64,000 nucleotides of DNA from the NCBI GenBank assembly GCA_002269645.1, contig NIVC01002281.1, positions 62,001 to 126,000 of the forward strand, in the 5' to 3' direction. Within the stretch, counting starts at the first letter, position 1; every line of letters starts with the position of its first letter. Below the pieces are notes generated by a model that ran no database searches, was not told where the DNA came from, and was given only the letters and a program-made list of their open reading frames with translations. The translations under genes were made by a program, and so were the position numbers. Of the stretch, positions 37,631-49,600 are shown piece after piece. Source of the DNA: Macrostomum lignano. Taxonomy: Eukaryota.

Positions 37631-40600
37631 CTAAAGGAAGGGGAAAATCTAAGCTATGCTGAAAATGGTTTGCTGAGCTGAGAGACTGTTGGAGAAGAAG
37701 ACAGTGGACAGAGACCAGGCAACACACAGCGGACAAACAGCACACAGCGGACAGACAGCAAAAAGCGGACAGACAGCAAAAAGCGGACAGACAGCACACA
37801 GCGGACAGACAGCACAAAGCGGACAGACAGCACACAGCGGACAAACAGCACACAGCGGACAGACAGCAAAAAGCGGACAGACAGCAAAAAGCGGACAGAC
37901 AGCAAAAAGCGGACAAACAGCACACAGCGGACAGACAGCAAAAAGCGGACAGACAGCACACAGCGGACAGACAGCAAAAAGCGGACAGACAGCACACAGC
38001 GGACAGACAGCACACAGCTGACAGACAGCACACAGTAGACAGACAGCACACAGCGGACAAACAGCACACAGCGGACAGACAGCAAAAAGCGGACAGACAG
38101 CACAAAGCGGACAGACAGCACACAGCGGACAAACAGCACACAGCGGACAGACAGCAAAAAGCGGACAGACAGCAAAAAGCGGACAGACAGCAAAAAGCGG
38201 ACAAACAGCACACAGCGGACAGACAGCAAAAAGCGGACAGACAGCACACAGCGGACAGACAGCAAAAAGCGGACAGACAGCACACAGCGGACAGACAGCA
38301 CACAGCTGACAGACAGCACACAGTAGACAGACAGCACACAGCGGACAAACAGCACACAGCGGACAGACAGCAAAAAGCGGACAGACAGCACACAGCGGAC
38401 AGACAGCACAAAGCGGACAGACAGCACACAGTAGACAGACAGCACACAGTAGACAGACAGCACACAGCGGACAGACAGCACACAGCGAACAAACAGCAAA
38501 AAGCGGACAGACAGCACACAGCGGACAGACAGCACAAAGCGGACAGACAGCACACAGCGGACAGACAGCACACAGCTGACAGACAGCACACAGTAGACAG
38601 ACAGCACACAGCGGACAGACAGCACACAGCGGACAAACAGCACACAGCGGACAGACAGCAAAAAGCGGACAGACAGCACACAGCGGACAGACAGCACAAA
38701 GCGGACAGACAGCACACAGCGGACAGACAGCACACAGCTGACAGACAGCACACAGTAGACAGACAGCACACAGCGGACAGACAGCACACAGCGGACTCAT
38801 CAATGCAAGTTCGCAGAGCTTTACCTCTGCGCAGTCTGGGATGCGTCATCATCGGCTTAACAACGGATGTCTTTGGCTGCTGCTTGCACTGCAGCGGCTG
38901 CAGCGGCACGGCCCTGACAGAGACAGTTGGCACCGCCGCAGACTGCTGCTGCTGCTGAGCCTGCTGCGCAAGTGATCTGGAAATTCAGGCGATGCATTAA
39001 GAATGCGAAACGGAATTGGCTGAAAAACACTGATGTACTTTATTAATACGAGTATATACACACAGTAGCCAAAGTTACAAATCCAGCAACCATGATTTTA
39101 ATTGAGTAAAGTGACGCTACTCCGATTAAAAAATTCCAGAAAATGTTATACTTTCTACTATAAGTAGTTGAAACGATGCAGACAGATTTTTACGGATAGT
39201 GAAACGCGGTCAAGTTGCGACCGACCGACGCAACGCTGTGCCGCTAAAAGAGATATGATTAAAAACAGTCGAACGGCAACTTGTCAATCATAACTAAGCA
39301 TAATAATTAAAGATCATACAGACATGTAGATGAGGTGAACTGCTGCCTCACCCAAAACCAGACGACGCCGCTTTGACCGACCGCTGGTTGCCGGCGCCGA
39401 CGCGTTGAAACGCCGATCCGGCCGTCTCCCAACTGCTGGCGTCCGAGGCGCTGCCGTTACTGCTGGATGTTGAACAGTCTTCCTGATGCTGCTGAACCTG
39501 GCGCTGCTGCTGCCGACGGAGCTGGTCTTGGCCAGCGGCTCCGGCAGATGCTTTGCGGCCGCCGTTAGCCGCTAGCGACGGCTGCTGGCCAGAAAGGTCC
39601 GGGGCGGCCTTCTGCTGCTGAGACTTGGATGCTGACGGCTTACTTTTAGTCGGCAGCGGCTTGCCTGAAGCGGTGAATAATCACAGGTTCACAGTTCACA
39701 GATCTATAATAACTCAATATTAGCTGCTATAAGCGTAGCTCGGGCGTGTGAGTCACCCGGACTGCTGTGAGCTCCCACAGAGAGAGGGGGAAGGCGAGCA
39801 GCGGCAGGACAGAGTGGGAAGCGGGAGCAAACACGGCGCTAAGCAGCCACGCGGCCAACCCCCTCCTCCCCCCAGAGTTCTGCAACCAGGCCGGCAACGG
39901 GCGGGGTGACAAAAATGCAGAGTCTCCGACACACACACAGTCAGGGAGATGGAGAGGAAGAAAAGCGCGGGGCAAACGGGAGAACACGGAATCAGTGGGG
40001 GGAAAGATTTCCAATTCCCATCCGTTGCTATTCAGCCGGGCCTACGCACAATTCCCATGCCAGAAAAGTCAGACATAAAGAGATAAAAAGTTAACTGATG
40101 CATATTCTGGGCAGCGGAAGCAGATAGCAGATATGGCATCGCGGCCCGGGGCTCCAATATAGAAAGCCATTGCGATGGTTAAAAATAGACGCCCCCCCCC
40201 GTGAAAATATGGGTTCAACGCTTAAGAAACAATAGCAAGGGGGGACTCCATTTACCCCAGTGCGTGCTGCAAGTTCCACCCTGAGTGCCCTGCATCAGCC
40301 ACACTGAGTGCCCTGCATCAGCCACACTGAGTGCCCTGCATCAGCCACACTGAGTGCCCTGCATCAGCCACACTGAGTGCCCTGCATCAGCCACACTGAG
40401 TGCCCTGCATCAGCCACACTGAGTGCCCTGCATCAGCCACACTGAGTGCCCTGCATCAGCCACACTGAGTGCCCTGCATCAGCCACACTGAGTGCCCTGC
40501 ATCAGCCACACTGAGTGCCCTGCATCAGCCACACTGAGTGCCCAGCATCAGCCACACTGAGTGCCCTGCATCAGCCACACTGAGTGCCCTGCATCAGCCA

Positions 40601-43600
40601 CACTGAGTGCCCTGCATCAGCCACACTGAGTGCCCTGCATCAGCCACACTGAGTGCCCTGCATCAGCCACACTGAGTGCCCAGCATCAGCCACACTGAGT
40701 GCCCTGCATCAGCCACACTGAGTGCCCTGCATCAGACAAACAGAAGCTAAAATCTCCGCTCACCCCTGCGGTCAATCTGCGGAAAGGCAATCGGCTCGAA
40801 CTGCGGCGTTCGAATAGCGGCCGCCGTCAAAGGAGGCGAGCCAACATCCGCCGACGTTGAAGACGGCGACGGCGTTGACTGCGAAGCAGCGGCTGCCGTT
40901 GCTAACTTGCGCGAACGTCGGACAGTCGGCTGACCAGTCGAAGCTGTTGTCGATGCCGCCGCCTGCTGCAACCCGACACTTGACCTGGCGGACGCGGCAG
41001 CGGCGTGTCGACCAACGCTGGCCTGACCGCGCGCCGACGAGCCTCCGACCGACAAGCTGCCGTCCGCGGCGCCGCCAGCCCGGCCAGCCCGACGTTGCCG
41101 CCGCCACCAGCAGGGCAGCCAGGCGGTCAGGCGGCTGAACAGGCCGCTGTCGGCAGACCTGTCCGGCACTGCGACAACGCTGGGCGTTGACTTCGACGCC
41201 GACTGTTCAGTCTGCGGTAACGCTGTCGGCGGCGCTGCTGAGGTAGCCGAAGCGGAATTGGCACTAGCGGAGGATGAGGAGGCAGCGGCAGCAGCCGACG
41301 CAGACGACAGCCGGTCGGCGGTGACGCAGGCGGACATGATGGCCCACAGGGCGGCGGCCAAAACAGCACCAACCAAGCCGGTCTGCAGCGGCGTCTCCCA
41401 CGGCGGCCTAGGCAGGCGGGCGGAGCAGGCGGCGACTTGGGTCGGCGTCAGGCCGCCACGAAGTACGACGCGAAGAGCGCCGCCGACCAGGCGAAGCTCC
41501 CGAGTTGTACGCAGCTGGCAGAGGTCGGGCGTGAAGGTCACGGCCATGTGCAGCGACTCGTTCGGCCCCAAGCGGATCGGCGCGCACGGGGCCACCATAA
41601 AGCCGGCGTCGGAGCAGCCGCTGGCGTCGCGGCCGACAATCGGCGGCCCGGAGTCGACAGTCAGCGGGCCGGGATTGACAATCGTCAGCTGGCGCCAGAT
41701 GCTAGGAGGCACCCGCTGACACGGCGGCTCGAGGCCGGTGGCTCCGGCCAGGCCGAACTCCATGCTGTCGGCGCTGGCGCGCAGTTCAACTCTTGCGCCG
41801 CGGCCGACGGCCAGCAGCGGCTCCACGCCGGTGAGATTGTTGCGCAACAGGAACAGGGCACGGAATTCGCCCGACTCGGTTGGCCGGAAAGTCACAGGCA
41901 GGTGGGCTCGCTGGCGAGGCCGAATTAGAACGGCCAAAGTGTCCGGGTGGATGTCCGGATAGCCAACCGGCAGTCGGCGATATTCGGTCGCCCAGCGCGG
42001 CGTCGGGGTCAGGCGGATGGAGCGGGCGGATGAGGCGGCGGAGTCTGAGGCGGAAGAGTCTAGAGTGGCGTCCTGCAGGGCGGCCTCCAGTCCCAGGTGG
42101 CTGAGGGCGGAGGCCTGGCCCGGGTAGGCGCTGAGCGGCACCAGGTGGGCGAGCACCGTCTTGTCTGTCGGGTTCTCTAAGATCAGATCCGCAGTTGAAG
42201 CTTTGCCGACCTGCGGATGAGCGAAGTGAACTGCATCAGCCACACTGAATACCCTGCATCAGCCACACTGAGTGCCCTGCATCAGTCACACTGAGTGCCC
42301 TGCATCAGCCACACTGAGTGCCCTGCATCAGCCACACTGAATGCCCTGCATCAGCCACACTGAGTGCCCTGCATCAGTCACACTGAGTGCCCTGCATCAG
42401 CCACACTGAGTGCCCTGCATCAGCCACACTGAGTGCCCTGCATCAGCCACACTGAGTGCCCTGCATCAGCCACACTGAATGCCCTGCATCAGCCATACTG
42501 AGTGCCCAGCATCAGCCACACTGAGTGCCCTGCATCTGCCACACTGAGTGCCCAGCATCAGCCACACTGAGTGCCCAGCATCAGCCACACTGAATACCCT
42601 GCATCAGCCACACTGAGTGCCCTGCATCAGTCACACTGAGTGCCCTGCATCAGCCACACTGAGTGCCCTGCATCAGCCACACTGAGTGCCCTGCATCAGC
42701 CACACTGAATGCCCTGCATCAGCCACACTGAGTGCCCTGCATCAGCCACACTGAATGCCCTGCATCAGCCACACTGAGTGCCCAGCATCAGCCACACTGA
42801 GTGCCCTGCATCAGCCACACTGAGTGCCCTGCATCAGCCACACTGAGTGCCCTGCATCAGCCACACTGAATGCCCTGCATCAGCCACACTGAATGCCCTG
42901 CATCAGCCACACTGAGTGCCCTGCATCAGCCACACTGAGTGCCCTGCATCAGCCACACTGAGTGCCCTGCATCAGCCACACTGAATGCCCTGCATCAGCC
43001 ACACTGAACGCCCTGCATCAGCCACACTGAGTGCCCTGCATCAGCCACACTGAGTGCCCTGCATCAGCTACACTGAGTGCCCTGCATCAGCCACACTGAA
43101 TGCCCTGCATCAGCCACACTGAATGCCCTGCATCAGCCACACTGAACGCCCTGCATCAGCCACACTGAGTGCCCAGCATCAGCCACACTGAGTGCCCTGC
43201 ATCAGCCACACTGAGTGCCCTGCATCAGCCACACTGAACGCCCTGCATCAGCCACACTGAGTGCCCTGCATGAGCCACACAGAACCCGCACGAGTGCACA
43301 CAATGAAATAGATAGCCAGTGTACACAGGAGTCAGCACAATGGCCATGTTTGACTGCTTACTAGCTGCCTGCAGCAGCTCACTCCTACCCTAAGCAAACA
43401 GCTTTAACTTAAGCCTAAAAGATTAAAGGAAGGTAGGTAAATTTCCGGTATTTTTTGAGCGCAGCATCTATCTTACGAGCTGATTGATGGCAAAGTTTCT
43501 GGCTTTAGTACAAAATCCGCTGATGATAAATTTATACGCAAATAACCAATTGAATGCTGAACAGTTTCACATAATCGGATAACTGTCAATATTAAGCATT

Positions 43601-46600
43601 TGACAATCACACGAGAGTAAAAAAGCTGGCTGTTAAGACTGAAGTGGAATACGCCGGATGGGCCAATGACGGCAAGGGGACTTGACAACCTATTTCTACG
43701 AGTAGAATCCTTCTCACTCCTAGTTGCTATAGCCTCATCTGTTGCTTCGTGAGGCAAACGAGGAGAATTGATAGTTTCGCATTAAATTGCCTGACGCAGT
43801 CAGCTGCGACCATTTTAAATAAATTTTCCTATGAATAGCCGAATGCAGCCTGAGACTGCAGTTGGGCCTGGGTTCCACTCGGTTCGTTTAACAACTATCT
43901 ATTGATTATCCCGCACTGCACTCATGCGGGAGGTCACGGATCCCGCACTGCACTCATCCATCGAGGCAAAGGGCTTGCGGTAATTTTAGAAAAAACGGTG
44001 CTTTAGGATGGAAGGGAAGGACAGGACAGGATAGGAAAGGACAGGATAGAAAAGGACAGAATAGGAAAGGACAGGATAGGATAGGACAGGACAGGACAGG
44101 ATAGGACAGGACAGGATAGGACAGGACAGGACAGGACAGGAAAGGTCAGGATAGGAAAGGATAGGATAGGATAGGGACAGGACAGGACAGGACAGGATAA
44201 GAAAGGACAGGACAGGACAGGATAGGAAAGGACAGGATAGGATAGGATAGGAAAGGACAGGACAGGATAGGATAGGAAAGGACAGGATAGGATAGGAAAG
44301 GACAGGACAGGACAGGATAGGAAAGGACAGGACAGGACAGGAAAGGACAGGACAGGACAGGATAGGAAAGGACAGGACAGGACAGGATAGGAAAGGACAG
44401 GATAGAAAAGGACAGAATAGGAAAGGACAGGATAGGATAGGACAGGACAGGACAGGATAGGACAGGACAGGATAGGACAGGACAGGACAGGACAGGAAAG
44501 GTCAGGATAGGAAAGGATAGGATAGGATAGGGACAGGACAGGACAGGACAGGATAAGAAAGGACAGGACAGGACAGGATAGGAAAGGACAGGATAGGATA
44601 GGATAGGAAAGGACAGGACAGGATAGGATAGGAAAGGACAGGATAGGATAGGAAAGGACAGGACAGGACAGGATAGGAAAGGACAGGACAGGACAGGATA
44701 GGAAAGGACAGGATAGGATAGGAAAGGACAGGATAGGATAGGAAAGGACAGGATAGGATAGGATAGGAAAGGACAGGATAGGATAGGAAAGGACAGGACA
44801 GGACAGGACAGGATAGGAAAGGACAGGACAGGACAGGATAGGAAAGGACAGGATAGGATAGGAAAGGAAAGGACAGGATAGGATAGGAAAGGACAGGACA
44901 GGACAGGATAGGAAAGGACAGGATAGGATAGGAAAGGACAGGATAGGAAAGGACAGGACAGGATAGGAAAGGACAAGATAGAATAGGACAGGACAGGATA
45001 GGAAAGGACAGGATAGGATAGGAAAGGACAGGATAGGACAGGACAGGATAGGATAGGACAGGACAGGATAGGACAGGACAGGATAGGACAGGACAGGACA
45101 GGAAAGGTCAGGATAGGAAAGGACAGGATAGGAAAGGACAGGATAGGATAGGAAAGGATAGAATAGGATAGGGACAGGACAGGACAGGATAAGAAAGGAC
45201 AGGACAGGACAGGATAGGAAAGGACAGGATAGGATAGGATAGGAAAGGACAGGACAGAATAGGATAGGAAAGGACAGGACAGGATAGGAAAGGACAGGAC
45301 AGGACAGAATAGGACAGGACAGGATAGGAAAGGACAGGATAGGATAGGAAAGGAAAGGACAGGATAGGATAGGAAAGGACAGGACAGGACAGGATAGGAA
45401 AGGACAGGATAGGATAGGAAAGGACAGGATAGGAAAGGACAGGACAGGATAGAAAAGGACAGGATAGAATAGGACAGGACAGGATAGGACAGGACAGGAT
45501 AGGACAGGACAGGACAGGACAGGATAGGAAAGGACAGGATAGGACAGGACAGGACAGGATAGGAAAGGACAGGATAGGACAGGACAGGATAGGAAAGGAC
45601 AGGACAGGATAGGACAGGACAGGATAGGACAGGACAGGACAGGAAAGGTCAGGATAGGAAAGGACAGGATAGGAAAGGACAGGATAGGATAGGAAAGGAT
45701 AGGATAGGATAGGGACAGGACAGGACAGGATAAGAAAGGACAGGACAGGACAGGATAGGAAAGGACAGGATAGGATAGGATAGGAAAGGACAGGACAGAA
45801 TAGGATAGGAAAGGACAGGACAGGATAGGAAAGGACAGGACAGGACAGAATAGGACAGGACAGGATAGGAAAGGACAGGATAGGATAGGAAAGGAAAGGA
45901 CAGGATAGGATAGGAAAGGACAGGACAGGACAGGATAGGAAAGGACAGGATAGGATAGGAAAGGACAGGATAGGAAAGGACAGGACAGGATAGAAAAGGA
46001 CAGGATAGGATAGGAAAGGACAGGATAGGACAGGACAGGATAGGACAGGACAGGACAGGACAGGATAGGAAAGGACAGGATAGGACAGGACAGGACAGGA
46101 TAGGAAAGGACAGGATAGGACAGGACAGGATAGGAAAGGACAGGATAGGATAGGAAAGGACAGGATAGGAAAGGACGGGATAGGAAAGGAAAGGACAGGA
46201 TAGGAAAGGACAGGATAGGAAAGGACAGGATAGGAAAGGACAGGATAGGATAGGAAAGGACAGGATAGGAAAGGACGGGATAGGAAAGGACAGGATAGGA
46301 AAGGACAGGATAGGAAAGGAAATCTCACCTGCGTGACAGGCAGTTCCAATCGAGGCAGCCGATAGCCGCCATCACCGCCACCGCTGCCGCCGCCAGCAGC
46401 CCAGCCGGCAGAGGGGTAAAGACTCGGCCACACCAGACTGGCCCTGGCCTCAAACAAGAACAGATGCGAGTGCTCGGTGACGAGCTGCACTGTCACATTG
46501 GCCAGTCTCTGATCAGCTTGGCTCAGGGCAGACCAGCGGGAGCGCAGCCTGGCCAGCTGGTACTGGTCCGAGCGAAGCGTGCGACGGCCCAGGCTCAGGC

Positions 46601-49600
46601 CGGCTAGCCATTCGATACCGGCTGCGGATTGGTTGGCGTGCAAGACTCATCGGTCATGACATAATCCCCATCGGTCATGACATAATCCCCATCGGTCATG
46701 ACATAATCCCCATCGGTCATGACATAATCCCCAATCGGTCATGACATAACCCCCATCGGTCATGACATAATCCTCATCGGTCATGACATAACCCCCATCC
46801 GTCATGACATAACCCCCATCCGTCATGATATAACCCCCATCGGTCATGACATAACCCCCATCGGTCATGACATAATCCTCATCGGTCATGACATAATCCT
46901 CATCGGTCATGACATAATCCCCATCGGTCATGACATAATCCCCAATCGGTCATGACATAACCCCCATCGGTCATGACATAACCCACATCGGTATTGGCAT
47001 AATCCACATCGGTATTGGCATAATCCACATCGGTATTGGCATAATCCACATCGGTATTGGCATAATCCACATCGGTATTGGCATAATCCACATCGGTCAT
47101 GACATAATCCCCAATCGGTTATGACATAACCCCCAATCGGTTATGACATAATCCTCATCGGTCATGACATAACCCCCATCGGTCATGACATAATCCCCAT
47201 CGGTCATGACATAATCCCCATCGGTCATGACATAACCCCCATCGGTCATGACATAATCCCCATCGATCATGACATAAAACCCATCGGTCATGACATAACC
47301 CCCATCGGTCATGACATAACCCCCATCCGTCATGACATAATCCCCAATCGGTCATGACATAACCCTCATCGGTCATGACATAATCCTCATCGGTCATGAC
47401 ATAATCCCCAATCGGTCATGACATAACCCCCATCGGTCATGACATAACCCCCATCCGTCATGACATAACCCCCATCCGTCATGATATAACCCCCATCGGT
47501 CATGACATAACCCCCATCGGTCATGACATAATCCTCATCGGTCATGACATAATCCTCATCGGTCATGACATAATCCCCATCGGTCATGACATAATCCCCA
47601 ATCGGTCATGACATAACCCCCATCGGTCATGACATAACCCACATCGGTATTGGCATAATCCACATCGGTATTGGCATAATCCACATCGGTATTGGCATAA
47701 TCCACATCGGTATTGGCATAATCCACATCGGTATTGGCATAATCCACATCGGTCATGACATAATCCCCAATCGGTTATGACATAACCCCCAATCGGTTAT
47801 GACATAATCCTCATCGGTCATGACATAACCCCCATCGGTCATGACATAATCCCCATCGGTCATGACATAATCCCCATCGGTCATGACATAACCCCATCGG
47901 TCATGACATAATCCCCATCGATCATGACATAAAACCCATCGGTCATGACATAACCCCCATCGGTCATGACATAACCCCCATCCGTCATGACATAATCCCC
48001 AATCGGTCATGACATAACCCTCATCGGTCATGACATAATCCTCATCGGTCATGACATAACCCCCATCCGTCATGACATAATCCCCAATCGGTCATGACAT
48101 AACCCCCATCGGTCATGACATAATCCTCATCGGTCATGACATAATCCTCATCGGTCATGACATAATCCCTATTGGTCATGACATAATCCCCAATCGGTCA
48201 TGACATAACCCCCATCGGTCATGACATAATCCCCAATCGGTCATGACATAATCCCCGATCGGTCATGACATAACCCCCATCGGTCATGACATAACCCACA
48301 TCGGTATTGGCATAATCCACATCGGTATTGGCATAATCCACATCGGTCATGACATAATCCCTATCGGTCATGACATAACCCCCATCCGTCATGACTAAAT
48401 CTCGGGAAAAGTTATCTTGGAGAGACTGCTATCTCGGGAAAAGATCTAGAACAGACAACGATTTTATATGATAAGTGCTGCAGAGTTGGGGATCTGCGAG
48501 AAAGTCGGGGCAGCTGGGGGAAGTGAGCAAGCATATCAGGACCGGGAGACGAGAAAGGGAAAGAGGAGCAAGAGAGGTAGATGAGGATGAAGATTTTAGA
48601 AAAGGAAACTGGAAAACCCCGAAACGCGACAGGAATGGCATACGAAATGAGCGCATATTGAGCTCCCAGAGATACAGGGAGGAGGCAAGCAAAACAGCAG
48701 GCACTAGGAGGCCCTTAAAGAAGATAGAAATTGGCGTACGAGCAGAAGTAGGAAGAAAAAGCTACAGAAGTTTCCAGGGTTGGAATTGCTCAATCATGCA
48801 GCTCAGCAGAAAGCAGCTCGCAGCAAGCAAGAGAATTTAGGAATTTAAGGAAGACGACTAAGACAGCCTAGCCCGCCCGGGCCATTCAAATTATATAGCT
48901 CGTACTTCAGCCTTTTTCTTTACAATATGTACTTTCTCTGATAGCTGCTCTCCGCTCAGCCTACTTTGCTTACAATCTGACGCTATGGATGCAGTCCTTC
49001 TCTGGCTGACTTTTCCCTCCCATGCCCCCTCTGATCCTATCTTAGCCTGCCTCCGATCCTATCTCACCCAGTCTCCGATCTGATCTCATCCTGTCCGATC
49101 TGATCTCAGCCTGTCTCCGATCCTATCTCATCCTGTCTCCGATCCTATCTCAGCCTGTCTCCGATCCTATCTCACCCTGCCTCCGATCCTATCTCATCCT
49201 GTCTCATATTCTATCTCATCCTGCCTCCGATCTCATCTCACCCTACCTCCGATCCTATCTCACCCTGCCCCCGATCCGATCTCACCATACCGCCGCCCCA
49301 CCCCCCACGCAGAAGAGCAATACCAACAAGAATCGGGACTCACTAGAAGAGCTAGTTGAAAATCCAACGTAGCAATCGTTACCGCAGACGCGCCTGTGAT
49401 CAAAGCACAGCTTGCCAATCTGCAAAGCAATGTTTTTGGATAGGAAGCAAAAATAACACTGCGAGTGTAAAGATGTACAAAAGTTGTCTACATCAAGAGT
49501 CTGATTGATTGAGTCTCACTCACGGTGGCAGTCTGGAAAGGCTTCATCAGGCCGAACAGCTGCTCAGAACCAGCCGACTCAGTCGTCAAGCCGGCCGTCG

